Assembly: GCA_963827585.1 (NCBI GenBank)
Contig: CAWHCK010000036.1
Location: 31,131-95,130, forward strand
From: an uncultured Alphaproteobacteria bacterium
GTDB lineage: Bacteria > Pseudomonadota > Alphaproteobacteria > Rhizobiales > Xanthobacteraceae
Length of the DNA stretch: 64,000 bases
Reading direction: 5' to 3'
This document shows, piece after piece, positions 20,698-31,862 of this stretch (positions within the stretch are counted from its first letter, which is position 1; every line of letters starts with the position of its first letter). The position numbers and the translations under genes are program-made. A model generated the notes under the pieces. The model made no database searches, was not told the origin of the DNA, and worked only from the letters and a program-made list of their open reading frames with translations.

Positions 20698-22053
20698 TCA
20701 CGCAATGCGGATGGCAACCCGGTGCATCGCATTGCCGGCGTAGCCCTGCGGATTCCAGTTACCGGCGATGTGCGGTTGCATGATGCCGCGCGAGTCGGTC
20801 GCCCGCGCCCAGATCTCGTAGTAGCCCTCGCTCGGCAGCTTCACGGTCGCGGTCCAGCGCTGCCAGTCATAGGGATTCTTCGGCGCGGAGAGCTTTGTCG
20901 GCTGCCAGGTTGCGCCAAAATCGGTCGAGACGTCGACGCGCCGCACCGTGAGGTCGCCGGCCCAGGCCGCGCCGCGCAGCTTCACCTCGCGCACGTCTTT
21001 GCCGAAGGTCGTGCCGTTCATCGGGCTGGTGATGATCGAGCGCACCGGCATCGATTCGAGGTCCCTGAAATTCTTCTCGTCCGGCCGGTCGCCGGGCACC
21101 ATGGGGTTGATGGCGACCCGATACGAGGTGCCGCCCATGCCCGGGCCGTCGTGCACCTTGTCGCGCAGCCAGATGCGGGTGAACCATTTCGACCCCACCG
21201 AGCCGGGCCAGCCCGGAATGATGAGCCGCACCGGCCCGCCGTGAATGTTCGGCAGCGGCTGGCCGTCCATGGCGAAGACGATGAGGTTGTTGACATCGAG
21301 CGCCTTCTTGATGGGGACACCGCGCGAGAGCGCATCCTTGCTGGCGTCGGCGAGGCTGCGGTCGGCCCCGTAGTTGCCGGTGAAGACGGCGGATGGCTTG
21401 ACGCCCGCCGCCTTGAGCACGTCGGCGAGCCGCACGCCGGTCCATTCGGCGCAGCCGACGCCGCCATTGCCCCACTGGTTGCCGCGCGCCTGCGGCGAAA
21501 AGAACGAGCGGCCGTTGCCGCCGCATTCCAGCACCAGGCGCCGGGTCACCGGCTTGAATTTCGCCTTCAACTCGCCGAGCGTGAGCTCGAGCTTCTGATT
21601 GACCTCGCCGTCGACCACGATCTTCCAGGCGTCGGGATCCTTCGGCGCCTCCGGCACCATGCCGTTGTTGCGGATGAAGAATTTCTCGATCGGCGTGGTG
21701 TCGTCGTCGAGCAGGTGCTCGGGCGTCTCTGCCACCAGGGGACGCTCGCCCAGCACGATGAGCTTGTCGTTCTTGCCGGGAAAATTGAGGTATTGCGGCC
21801 CTTTGGGCGGGGAGCTCGCCGATTGGCCCTGCGCCATGGCGGAGGGAAAGAGCCCAGCCGGGATCAACCCGGCCGGCATGTTCTCGCCGAGCGGGATGTG
21901 CCCGCCCACCATGACCCCCATGGCTGCCAACCCGGTGCCTCCCAGGAAACCGCGGCGATCGATGCCCGTCCGTCGGCCGAAGGCGATGGCGTCGGCGCGT
22001 TCCGGATCATTATGGTAAAGCTCTTCGATCGAGCGCTCGATCTTGCCCGGCAT
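20698..22053 (-). CDS. sorA: Sulfite-oxidase-family molybdopterin oxidoreductase (SorA-like sulfite dehydrogenase), Tat-exported
   Basis: Tat motif DRRGFLGG, a Mo-domain (LECGGNGR...GCAEWTGV) and a C-terminal dimerisation domain. Confidence 0.8.
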   Translation of the reverse strand: MPGKIERSIEELYHNDPERADAIAFGRRTGIDRRGFLGGTGLAAMGVMVGGHIPLGENMPAGLIPAGLFPSAMAQGQSASSPPKGPQYLNFPGKNDKLIVLGERPLVAETPEHLLDDDTTPIEKFFIRNNGMVPEAPKDPDAWKIVVDGEVNQKLELTLGELKAKFKPVTRRLVLECGGNGRSFFSPQARGNQWGNGGVGCAEWTGVRLADVLKAAGVKPSAVFTGNYGADRSLADASKDALSRGVPIKKALDVNNLIVFAMDGQPLPNIHGGPVRLIIPGWPGSVGSKWFTRIWLRDKVHDGPGMGGTSYRVAINPMVPGDRPDEKNFRDLESMPVRSIITSPMNGTTFGKDVREVKLRGAAWAGDLTVRRVDVSTDFGATWQPTKLSAPKNPYDWQRWTATVKLPSEGYYEIWARATDSRGIMQPHIAGNWNPQGYAGNAMHRVAIRIA

Positions 22054-22275
22054 GACGTTGCTCTCCTGGGTTCTGGTCGTTTTTTCTCTTAGCAGTGATT
22101 TTGGCGGAATGTTTGCGTCGGGTATAGCGAAAGTCCTAAACGGATTTCCCCGAGAGCCGGTAGAGGGAATTTTGCCACACCTGCCAGCGAAGCGACGGCC
22201 GCCGCGCCCTGCCTGCTGTTGCCGCGGCGCAAAACAAGCTAGGATGCCGTTTGGACTGAATTGCGTGAGGACGCC

Positions 22276-22626
22276 ATGGGTATGAAGGCTTATGCGGCCG
22301 GGCTCTGCGCTGCTGTCATCGCGGCAACGGCGCTTGCCGTTCCCCCGGTCGAGGCACAGACCCAGCGCAGGCAGTACGTCTACAGCAATTCACGCGTGAC
22401 CCCGGCCAACCGCCCGCGGGCGCGCGTCACGGTCGCGCCGCGCTCATTCCTCGATGCCGGTACCGAGGTGTTGCCGGGCGAGCGCAAGTTCACCGATTAC
22501 GCCTTTCCGCCGACCGGCAATGGCGGGATCGGGATCAATGCCGTCACCAATACCGGCGGCAAGGTCGGCTGGGATCGCTCGCCAATGATGCAGCCGTACC
22601 AGCTGCCGGGTTATAACCCCTGGTAG
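22276..22626 (+). CDS. Small secreted hypothetical protein
   Basis: Signal peptide MKAYAAGLCAAVIAATALAVPPVEA; contains RARVTVAPR, similar to the motif in the 14205..14591 product. Confidence 0.5.
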   Translation: MGMKAYAAGLCAAVIAATALAVPPVEAQTQRRQYVYSNSRVTPANRPRARVTVAPRSFLDAGTEVLPGERKFTDYAFPPTGNGGIGINAVTNTGGKVGWDRSPMMQPYQLPGYNPW

Positions 22627-22722
22627 CTGCCCGGGCCACACGACCGACTTGCGCTCGGACAAGAATTTGGCGGCCTTGAGCGCGCTTGAGATCGTTATGT
22701 TCGCAGCCCGGATACGACGGGC

Positions 22723-23709
22723 TCACTCCGCCTTGATGTTGGCGGTGCGCGCGATCTCGGTCCAGTTCCTGAGATCGGCGGCAATGGTGCTTTGAAAATC
22801 GGCGGGTGTGCCGCCGGCGGGCGTGATGCCCTGCTGCGCGAACTTGGCGATGAGCTCGGGATCCTTCAGGGCGCGGTTGAGCTCGGCATTGATGCGCTCG
22901 ATGATGTCCTTGGGCGTGCCCGCGGTCGTCAACAGTCCGATCCATTGGATGGCCTCGAACCCGGGATAGCCCTGCTCCGCGACGGTCGGCAAATCGGGAA
23001 ACTGGGCTTCGCGCGCGGGATTGCCGGTCGCGATGGCGCGCAATGCGCCCGCTTGCAGTTGCGGCAGCGAGAGTAGCGTCGAGATCACGGTGAACTGCGT
23101 GTCGCCGGCAACCATGGCCGTGATGGCGGGCGCGCCGCCGCGATAGGGAATGTGCTGCAGCTTGATGCCGGCCTTGCGGCTGAACAGCTCGACCACAAGA
23201 TGGGTTTGGGTGGCTGCGCCCGGCGAGGCGTAGTTGAATTTGCCCGGCTCGGCTTTGGCGAGCGCCACGAATTCGGCCAGCGAATTGGCCGGCACTTTCG
23301 GGTTGACCAGGAACAGCATCGAATTCTTCGCAACCATGATGATGGGCGCGAGGTCGCGCTCGCTGTCGTAGGGCACGCTTGGTCGGGTGGCCGGAATGAC
23401 CGTGAAGCTCGAGGCGACCATCAGCAGGGTGTAGCCGTCCGGCGCTGCCTTGGCGGTGGCGTCGGTGCCGACGATGCCGCTCGCGGCCGGCCGGTTGTCG
23501 ATGATGAACGGCTGTCCCATCGCCCGCTCGAGATACGGCGCCACCAGCCGCGCCACCACGTCGTTGAGCCCGCCGGCCGCGAATGGCACGATCAGGCGGA
23601 CGGGACGATTGGGATAGGTGTCGGCGCGCGCAGCGCAGTCGCCGATGACGACGAGCGCCATGCATGCGAACAGCCAGGCACCGAACGTGTTTGCGCGCGC
23701 GTGAGCCAT
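22723..23709 (-). CDS. Bug/TctC-family solute-binding protein
   Basis: MAHARANTFGAWLFACMALVV... then YPNRPVRLIVPFAAGG...APDGYT...IARTANIKAE. The listed 685-aa ORF is an artefactual upstream extension into leuB. Confidence 0.85.
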   Translation of the reverse strand: MAHARANTFGAWLFACMALVVIGDCAARADTYPNRPVRLIVPFAAGGLNDVVARLVAPYLERAMGQPFIIDNRPAASGIVGTDATAKAAPDGYTLLMVASSFTVIPATRPSVPYDSERDLAPIIMVAKNSMLFLVNPKVPANSLAEFVALAKAEPGKFNYASPGAATQTHLVVELFSRKAGIKLQHIPYRGGAPAITAMVAGDTQFTVISTLLSLPQLQAGALRAIATGNPAREAQFPDLPTVAEQGYPGFEAIQWIGLLTTAGTPKDIIERINAELNRALKDPELIAKFAQQGITPAGGTPADFQSTIAADLRNWTEIARTANIKAE

Positions 23710-23747
23710 CGTATGCGTCCTCACTGCGATTATTGCCGCCGCGAACG

Positions 23748-24860
<1,113 letters not shown>

Positions 24861-24994
24861 TGCGCGCTGCCTCGCTCGAATGCGTTTCCACGCGGATTGC
24901 TAAAGGCCCGCGCAGGCCTTGGCAAGAAGCCTGCCAGGGCGGGCTTGGCAGCACTGGCCCATCATCGAACCGCAGCCCTCGGAGAGATGTGCTA

Positions 24995-25903
24995 ATGTCA
25001 AGCTTCGCGCCCAAGCGCCTCGGACAGTCGATCTCGATGACCAGCGCGGCCGTCGCTCTCGCCTTGGGGTCGGCATTTTGCTTCGGGGTGGCGCTGCTGT
25101 TGACGCAGTTCGGCCTGCGCGGCCTCTCGCCTTTGTCCGGTGCAGCGATCAGCATCCCGGTCTCCACGCTGCTGTTCATTTGCGCCGCGCCCATCGCATT
25201 GAGCGACGGTGAGGCTGATCTGGCGGCGGTCCCGATCTTCGCGGCGGTCGGGTTGCTGTTTCCGGGCTTGGTGACATTGCTGACGTTCGAGGCGAACCGC
25301 GTCCTGGGTCCGGTGATCACCGGCACGTTGGGCAATCTCGCACCGCTGTTCGCGGTCGCGCTTGCCGTGGCGATGCTCGGCGAGCCGTTGCGGCCGGCGC
25401 CGCTTTTCGGCCTCATCGTGATCGTTGCCGGAATCGTGATCATGACCGCGTCCGGCCGCACCGAAACGTTACGCTGGCGTTCCTGGTACCTGCTGCTTCC
25501 GCTGACCGCTGCTGCGATCCGCGGTTTCGTCCAACCCACGATCAAATTGGGGCTCGACATGTGGCCGAGCGCGTTCGCGGCGGCGCTTACGGGCTATGTC
25601 GTATCGTCCGTCATCGTGATCGCGGCGGCGCGATGGCGCACGGGGCGGTTCGTGGCGCGCGCGCCGGCGCGCAACCAGTTGTGGTTCGCGGGCGTTGGCG
25701 TCTGCAATGGGCTCGCGGTCCTGCTGATGTACGCGGCGCTGGCGAACGCACCGGTTACGCTCGTCGCCCCGCTCGTTGCCGTCTATCCGCTGGTGACGGT
25801 CGGCGGCAGCATTTTCCTGCTCGGCAGGATCGACGGCGGTGCGAGGCTTGCCTTCGGGGTCATGCTCACCGTTGCAGGTGTCGCGCTGCTCATCGCGGGG
25901 TAA
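24995..25903 (+). CDS. EamA/DMT-family transporter
   Basis: About 10 predicted TM segments in a duplicated EamA-like arrangement. Confidence 0.7.
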   Translation: MSSFAPKRLGQSISMTSAAVALALGSAFCFGVALLLTQFGLRGLSPLSGAAISIPVSTLLFICAAPIALSDGEADLAAVPIFAAVGLLFPGLVTLLTFEANRVLGPVITGTLGNLAPLFAVALAVAMLGEPLRPAPLFGLIVIVAGIVIMTASGRTETLRWRSWYLLLPLTAAAIRGFVQPTIKLGLDMWPSAFAAALTGYVVSSVIVIAAARWRTGRFVARAPARNQLWFAGVGVCNGLAVLLMYAALANAPVTLVAPLVAVYPLVTVGGSIFLLGRIDGGARLAFGVMLTVAGVALLIAG

Positions 25904-25927
25904 GATTGGGCGACGAAAGGAAGATGC

Positions 25928-27226
25928 ATGTCCCAGAAGCGTCCGAACGTGGTCATCGTCGGCGCCGGCTTCGGCGGGCTCGAGGCGGCAAAGGCGCTTG
26001 CGCACGCCGCCGTCGACGTGACGGTGATCGACCGCCAGAACCACCATTGCTTCCAGCCGCTGCTCTATCAGGTCGCGACCGCCGCCCTGTCGCCGGCCGA
26101 GATCGCCTGGCCGACCCGGCACATTCTGCGGCGGCAGGCGAACGCGACGGTGTTGATGGCGGAGGTTACCGGCGTCGATGCCGACGGGCGGCGCGTTCTG
26201 ACCAGTGCGGGCCCGATCCCTTACGACTATCTCGTGCTCGCCACGGGCGCCACGCATTCCTACTTCGGAAATGACGACTGGGCGGAGTTCGCGCCGGGAC
26301 TCAAGCGCATCGAGGACGCCACCCGCATTCGCCGCAGCATTCTGTTGGCGTTCGAGCAGGCCGAGCTCGCCCACGACGATGCCGACCGGCAGCGCCTGCT
26401 CACCTTCGTGATCGTGGGCGGCGGTGCAACCGGCGTGGAGATGGCGGGCGCCATCGCCGAGATCGCGCGCCAGACCCTGGCCAAGGACTTCAGGCGCATC
26501 GACCCCCGCAGCTCCCACATCATCCTGCTCGAGGCGGGCCCGCGCGTGCTCCCCACCTTGCCCGACGACCTTTCGGATTATGCCGCGCGCACGCTCACGC
26601 GCATGGGCGTCGACGTGCAGACCTCCACGCGGGTCACGCGCGTCGATCCGCACGGCGTCGATCTCGATCCCGGCCGCATCGATGCCAGCACCGTGATCTG
26701 GGCCGCGGGCGTGGTCGCCTCGCCCGCCGCAAACTGGCTCGGCGCCGAACGCGATCGCGCGGGACGCGCACTGGTGGGCCCCGACCTGTCCGTCCCGGGC
26801 CGACCGGATGTCTTCGTGATCGGCGATGCCGCGGCGGTAAAGGACGACAAGGGACAGCCGGTGCCGGGCATGGCGCCGGGTGCCAAGCAAATGGGTCGCT
26901 ATGTCGGCCGCCTCATCGCCGCGCGCATCGCCGGACGATCATTGCCGCCGTTTCGCTATCGCCACCTCGGCGATCTCGCGACCATCGGGCGGCGCGCCGC
27001 AGTAGTGAAGTTCGGCAATCTGCGGCTCAAGGGCTTCGTGGGATGGGTGTTCTGGAGCGTCGCTCACATCTATTTCCTGATCGGGCTCAAGAACCGCTTC
27101 ATCGTGGCGTTCACCTGGCTCTGGGACTACGTCACGTTCCATCGCGGCGCGCGGCTCATCACCGAGGTCGCGCCTCCAGGGAAGAGGATCGTTCCTTCCG
27201 AGTCCGGCCCGGTCAACTCCCGCTGA
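25928..27226 (+). CDS. ndh: Type II NADH:quinone oxidoreductase (NDH-2)
   Basis: VVIVGAGFGGL, second dinucleotide fold VIVGGGATGVE, and GDAA motif. Confidence 0.85.
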   Translation: MSQKRPNVVIVGAGFGGLEAAKALAHAAVDVTVIDRQNHHCFQPLLYQVATAALSPAEIAWPTRHILRRQANATVLMAEVTGVDADGRRVLTSAGPIPYDYLVLATGATHSYFGNDDWAEFAPGLKRIEDATRIRRSILLAFEQAELAHDDADRQRLLTFVIVGGGATGVEMAGAIAEIARQTLAKDFRRIDPRSSHIILLEAGPRVLPTLPDDLSDYAARTLTRMGVDVQTSTRVTRVDPHGVDLDPGRIDASTVIWAAGVVASPAANWLGAERDRAGRALVGPDLSVPGRPDVFVIGDAAAVKDDKGQPVPGMAPGAKQMGRYVGRLIAARIAGRSLPPFRYRHLGDLATIGRRAAVVKFGNLRLKGFVGWVFWSVAHIYFLIGLKNRFIVAFTWLWDYVTFHRGARLITEVAPPGKRIVPSESGPVNSR

Positions 27227-27989
27227 ACCAGTTGTAGCCCTGGTCCTCCCAGTAGCCGCCGAGATACTTGTCGGTGACGGCCATCTCCATCACGTATTTG
27301 GGGTTCTTGAAGCCGAGCTTGGTCGGCATGCGCACCTTCATGGGGAAGCCGTACTTGCGCGGGAGGATCTGGCCGTCGAACTGGAAGGTCATCTGCGTCT
27401 GCGGATGCAGCGCGGTCGGCATGTCGATCGAGGTGGAATAGCCTTCGGCGCAGCGGAACCAGACGTATTTCGCCCGCGTGTCGGCGCCGACGCGGCGAAG
27501 GAACTCGCGCAGCGGCGTGCCGGTCCATTTGCCGATGGCGCTCCAGCCTTCCACGCAGATGTGGCGGGTGATCTGGGTTTCCTGCGGCAGCGCGTACAAT
27601 TCGTCGAGCGTCCACGACTTGGTGTTGTCGACCATGCCGCCGACCTCGAGCTTGTACTCGTCCTTGTCGACCTCCGGCGCTTCATCTTCCGGATAATAGC
27701 CATTGAACGGGAATGGGCGGGTGATCGCGCTCTCGGGATACGTGGGCGCGAGCTTGTTCGGATTGAACAGCCAAGCCTGCACGCGGTCGTTGAAATAGGA
27801 AACCTTCATCAAGGCATTTTCCGCCGACAGGCTATCGACGATGTCGCAACCGGTGAGGAAGGTCAGCGCGCCCAGGCTCGCGCCTCCGCGCAGGAACAGG
27901 CGCCGTGTGGGCTCGGGCATCAGTTTCGCCGCATCCTTGATGAGGAGCCGGGGATCGACGCCGGGTGGGTTCTTGCGAATGCGGGACAT
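27213..27989 (-). CDS. Molybdopterin-dependent oxidoreductase (YedY/MsrP-like sulfite-oxidase fold), probably a Tat-exported lipoprotein
   Basis: Tat motif TRRLFLRGG followed by lipobox LTGC; ICVEGWS Mo-domain motif. Confidence 0.75.
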   Translation of the reverse strand: MSRIRKNPPGVDPRLLIKDAAKLMPEPTRRLFLRGGASLGALTFLTGCDIVDSLSAENALMKVSYFNDRVQAWLFNPNKLAPTYPESAITRPFPFNGYYPEDEAPEVDKDEYKLEVGGMVDNTKSWTLDELYALPQETQITRHICVEGWSAIGKWTGTPLREFLRRVGADTRAKYVWFRCAEGYSTSIDMPTALHPQTQMTFQFDGQILPRKYGFPMKVRMPTKLGFKNPKYVMEMAVTDKYLGGYWEDQGYNWFSGS

Positions 27990-28030
27990 CTCGATCTCTC
28001 CTCAACTCTGCGGCCGCTTCGGCGGAGGGC

Positions 28031-28675
28031 CTAGCGTCCGGTGATCATGGCACGCAGCGACTTCGGCACCAGCAGGGACATGATCACGTGCACGACGAGG
28101 AAGCCGACGATTGCCGCCATGGCGAGGAAGTGCACGTAGCGCGCGGCCTCGTAGCCGCCGAACAGCGCGGTCAGCTCCTGCAATTGCACCGGCTTCCAGA
28201 TCGCCACGCCCGACAGGACGATGACGATGCCGGCCAGGATCACGCCGAGATAGAGCAGCTTCTGCACCGCGTTGTACACCGAGAGATCGTCGTGGGCGAG
28301 CTTCCCGGTGAGCGCAGCCTTGGCATCGGCCAAGACCTCGCCGGCGCGGATCGGAACGAGCTTGCGCCGGAACCGGCCGGTCGCGATGCCGAGTGCGATA
28401 TAGACGAGACCGTTCACCGCCAGCAGCCACATCGCCGCGAAATGCCAGAGCAGCGCGCCCGCGAGCCAGCCTCCGAGCGTGATGCTGCGGGGAAACCGGA
28501 ACGGGAACAGCGGCGAGGCATTATAGATCTCCCAGCCGGAGGCGATCATCACCACCATGGCGACGACGTTGATCCAATGGGTGATCCGCACCCAGGCGGG
28601 ATGGATGACGGCATGCGCGGCCGTCGTCGGGGTGTGATCATGGGTGGCTTCGATCGCAGCTTTGGCAAGGGACAT
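28031..28675 (-). CDS. Cytochrome b (b561 / HyaC-PhsC-like) membrane subunit
   Basis: 4 TM helices with conserved His (ITHWIN..., LLWHF..., VHFL..., VVHV). Lies immediately upstream of the Mo-oxidoreductase on the same strand. Confidence 0.7.
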   Translation of the reverse strand: MSLAKAAIEATHDHTPTTAAHAVIHPAWVRITHWINVVAMVVMIASGWEIYNASPLFPFRFPRSITLGGWLAGALLWHFAAMWLLAVNGLVYIALGIATGRFRRKLVPIRAGEVLADAKAALTGKLAHDDLSVYNAVQKLLYLGVILAGIVIVLSGVAIWKPVQLQELTALFGGYEAARYVHFLAMAAIVGFLVVHVIMSLLVPKSLRAMITGR

Positions 28676-28829
28676 GGCGCGGGTCTTGCTAGTGTTGGCG
28701 GGTGATCTATAGCAAACTTGGCCGGACCGGTGGTTTCACGTTCCCGTGCCGACGGTCGCAATCGAGTTACGAGATGAGGGGCCCGTTGGACGCATCGCCG
28801 TCCGGTGGGCCTAGATTTTGAGGTCAAGC

Positions 28830-29879
28830 ATGGCGAAGACGAGCACCGGCAATTTTTTCGAAGACTTCCGCATCGGCCAGATCATCAAGCACGCCACCCC
28901 TCGGACCATCACGGTCGGGGACGTGGCGCTCTACAACGGCCTGTTCGGCCCCCGCTTTGCGGTGCAGTCGTCGGACGTGTTCGCGCAAGCGATCGGCTAT
29001 CCGCGCGCGCCGGTCGACGACCTCCTCGTGTTCCACGTCGTGTTCGGCAAGACCGTGCCGGACATTTCGCTCAACGCCGTTGCCAATCTCGGCTATGCCG
29101 CTTGCCGGGTGCTCGCGCCGGTCTATCCCGGCGACACACTCAATGCCGTGTCGGAGGTGATCGGGCTCAAGGAGAATTCCAGCCGCAAGACCGGGATCGT
29201 GTTCGTGCGCTCGACCGGCTGCAAGCAGGACGGCAGCAAGGTGCTGGAATATGTCCGTTGGGTGATGGTGCTCAAGCGCGACCCGGCGGCGCCGACGCCC
29301 GGCGATCATGTCCCGCGCCTGCCCGAGGAGGTGCTTGCGAGCACGCTCGGCGATGCCTGCCCGCGCATCGATGTCGCGGCCTATGACTTCACGCTCGCCG
29401 GCAGTCCCTATCGTTTCGGCGACTACGCCGTGGGCGAGAAGATCGATCACGTCGACGGCGTGACCGTGGAGGAGGCCGAGCACCAGATCGCGACGCGGCT
29501 CTACCAGAACACGGCGCGTATCCATTTCGATCAGCACACGGCCGCCCAAGGCAGGTTCGGGCGCCGCCTGATCTACGGCGGACACGTGATCTCGCTTGCG
29601 CGTACGCTCTCCTTCAATGGGCTCGCCAATGCCTTCCACATCGCGGCGATCAACGGCGGGCGGCACGTCTCGCCGCTGTTTGCCGGGGCGACGGTGTTCG
29701 CCTGGTCCGAGGTGCTCGCCAAGGCGGACGTGCCGGGGAGCGACGATGTCGGTGCGCTGCGGCTGCGCACGGTGGCGGCCAGGGACCATCCTTGCGCCGG
29801 CTTCCCGCTCAAGTCGGGCAACGAGGAGCACCCCGCGGTGCTGCTCGACCTCGATTACTGGGCGCTGATGCCGCGATGA
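28830..29879 (+). CDS. mch: Mesaconyl-CoA hydratase (2-methylfumaryl-CoA hydratase, MaoC double hot-dog)
   Basis: Near-collinear with the Rhodobacter Mch sequence as I recall it: GNFFEDFRIGQ..HATPRT.T.GDVALY...GEKIDHVDGVT.EEAEH...LDYWALMPR. Confidence 0.85.
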   Translation: MAKTSTGNFFEDFRIGQIIKHATPRTITVGDVALYNGLFGPRFAVQSSDVFAQAIGYPRAPVDDLLVFHVVFGKTVPDISLNAVANLGYAACRVLAPVYPGDTLNAVSEVIGLKENSSRKTGIVFVRSTGCKQDGSKVLEYVRWVMVLKRDPAAPTPGDHVPRLPEEVLASTLGDACPRIDVAAYDFTLAGSPYRFGDYAVGEKIDHVDGVTVEEAEHQIATRLYQNTARIHFDQHTAAQGRFGRRLIYGGHVISLARTLSFNGLANAFHIAAINGGRHVSPLFAGATVFAWSEVLAKADVPGSDDVGALRLRTVAARDHPCAGFPLKSGNEEHPAVLLDLDYWALMPR

Positions 29880-29900
29880 TGTTGGTGTCTTTCCGCGGTG

Positions 29901-29988
29901 GTCATTGCCGGGCTTGACCCGGCAATCCATCTTCTTCGCAAAATTTCTTGCGAAAAGATCGGACCCGCGGGTCAAGCCCGCGGGTGAC
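29901..29988. repeat. REP/MITE-like element with GGGCTTGACCC / GGGTCAAGCCC terminal modules (copy 1)
   Basis: The 31-nt and 28-nt terminal modules are identical to the reverse complement of 51089..51179. The central roughly 30 nt differ but keep a stem. Confidence 0.8.
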
Positions 29989-30033
29989 GAGCGGTGGGTA
30001 TACAACGGATGATCAAGTCAACCAACCATGTCC

Positions 30034-30591
30034 CTACCGCGCCGGCGCGCCGCCGACGGTGGCGGGTGCCTCGCTGATCATACCGCAGGCGATGCGGTCC
30101 CCGGAATTGCCGGCGGGATCGCTCTTGTAGTCGTCCTTGCCCGTGTGGATCACGATCGAGGTGCCGCCGGGATGAAAGACCGAGCTCGGCTTGGCCTTGT
30201 CGAGGGTGATCGATGCGTTGACCGCTTCGACCTCGAGCTCCCCGGTCGGCGGAATGTGCAGGTTGGGCATGTCGCCGGCATGGCCTTCGCCCGACAGGAT
30301 GCCGTGGTGCTTGTTGTCGGGGTTGAAATGCGGACCGGCCGACTCGAACGACGGCGGCTCGCACTTGCCGACGTTATGAATATGGAACGCGTGCTCGCCG
30401 GGGGGCATTCCCTTGAGCGAGAGCTTGATCAAGACTCCGGCCGGCGTTTGCACCAGATCGACGATGCCCACATCCTTGCCGCTCCTGTCCTTGAGCGTCG
30501 CCTTGGCCGATTGCGCGGCCGCCGGCAGCGCGATGCCCGCCGCGAGCAAAGCCGCGGCACCGACGGTTCCAACATATTTCAAAATCGTCAT
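30034..30591 (-). CDS. sodC: Periplasmic Cu,Zn superoxide dismutase
   Basis: Signal peptide; [11 protein letters not shown]...GPHFNP...GHAGDMPNL...DRIACG. Confidence 0.9.
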   Translation of the reverse strand: MTILKYVGTVGAAALLAAGIALPAAAQSAKATLKDRSGKDVGIVDLVQTPAGVLIKLSLKGMPPGEHAFHIHNVGKCEPPSFESAGPHFNPDNKHHGILSGEGHAGDMPNLHIPPTGELEVEAVNASITLDKAKPSSVFHPGGTSIVIHTGKDDYKSDPAGNSGDRIACGMISEAPATVGGAPAR

Positions 30592-30742
30592 GACTGAACT
30601 CCTTGGTGTACTACCAGGCACCCCGGCCTCGACGTGGATCGCAGGCAGTCACCTGGGAAACCGTCCGCGCAACGTTCGGTTCCGTGCGAAAATACCGGTC
30701 ATCCGTTGCGGGGCCGCAGCGAAGACAGGGGCGGCGGGACGG

Positions 30743-31645
30743 CTATGCGGCCGTGCGCAAATGCTCGACCAGCTGGCGGGCATAGGGCGGCAGCTCATCG
30801 AAGCTGCGGATGCAGATGGTGAGCTCGCGCACCGCCCAGGCATCGGTCAAGGCCACCGGCACGATCGCCATCGTCCGCGCCACGCGCCGTGCCGTGGTCT
30901 CGGGCACGATGCCGATCCCGACATTGCATTCGACCAGACGGCATACCGCGTCGAAGCTGCGCAATTGCACGCGCAGCCGCAGCGGCTGCCCGATGCGCGC
31001 GGCCTTGTCGGCGAGGAAGCGCTGGAGCGCGCTGGCGCGGTCGAGGCCGACGAAGTCGTGGTCCAGCACCTCCGCGAAAGCGATTTTGGAGCGCTTGGCG
31101 AGCGGATGATTGCGCGCCACCACCAGCACGAACCGGTCCTTGCGGAAGGGATAGGTTTCCAGCGCGCTCGCATCGACGGTCGCGGCGACGATGCCGAGAT
31201 CGCCGACCCCTTCGGCGATCAGGCCCACGATCTCGTCGCTCAGCCGCTCTTCGAGGTCGACGCTGACGTTGGGATGCGTGGCGAGGAACGAGCTCAGTGC
31301 CTCCGGCAGGAATTCGGTCAGCGCATTGGTGTTGGAGAGCACCCTGATCTGGCCGGCAAGCCCGCCGGCATAGGCGCCGAGATCCTCGCGCAGCCGCTCG
31401 GCCTGGCGCAGGATCGCGCGCGCGTGCTGCAGCAGGGTGCGACCCGCCTGGGTCGGGGTGACGCCTTGACGCCCGCGCACGAGCAGCGCGGCCCCCAGCG
31501 CCTCCTCCATGTGGCGAATGCGCGTGGAGGCGGCAGCGAGTGCCAGGTGCGCGCGAGCGGCGCCGCCGGTAATGCTGCCGGCCTCCACGACGTGGCGAAA
31601 CAGGTTGAGATCGATGAGGTCGAAACGCATGAGGCCGAAACGCAT
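30743..31645 (-). CDS. LysR-family transcriptional regulator
   Basis: N-terminal wHTH (LNLFRHVVEAGSITGGAARAHLALAAASTRIRHMEE) plus a LysR substrate domain. Two in-frame ATGs (31645, 31630) were created by a 15-bp tandem repeat. Confidence 0.9.
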   Translation of the reverse strand: MRFGLMRFDLIDLNLFRHVVEAGSITGGAARAHLALAAASTRIRHMEEALGAALLVRGRQGVTPTQAGRTLLQHARAILRQAERLREDLGAYAGGLAGQIRVLSNTNALTEFLPEALSSFLATHPNVSVDLEERLSDEIVGLIAEGVGDLGIVAATVDASALETYPFRKDRFVLVVARNHPLAKRSKIAFAEVLDHDFVGLDRASALQRFLADKAARIGQPLRLRVQLRSFDAVCRLVECNVGIGIVPETTARRVARTMAIVPVALTDAWAVRELTICIRSFDELPPYARQLVEHLRTAA

Positions 31646-31684
31646 GGGATCGTTGACGTGAGCGGGCCCTGCCGTCGGGCTGCC

Positions 31685-31699
31685 TTCGAATTTGACGAA
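31685..31699. promoter_or_regulatory. Candidate LysR-type box (T-N11-A within TTCGAATTTGACGAA)
   Basis: Dyad ttcg-N7-cgaa about 40 nt upstream of the LysR gene, in the LysR/sdhC intergenic region. Confidence 0.3.
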
Positions 31700-31862
31700 G
31701 GAAAGCTACGCCAAATACCTATTGTGCGCCAAGTCCTTGCACGCCATATTCGCGCGTGACGAATGTACCCGATCGCGGATTCCGTCGCCGGCGGTGCATT
31801 GCAGGGCGTTGCAACATTGGATAGGAACGGTCCAATGCGCGTGGGCGGAACGGAGCAGCACA

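Noticed and set aside
22140-22175. A sigma-54 (-24/-12) promoter upstream of sorA (ctGGCAggtgtgGCAaaa on the minus strand).
   Set aside because: The GG-to-GC spacing is two bases shorter than the TGGCAC-N5-TTGC consensus.
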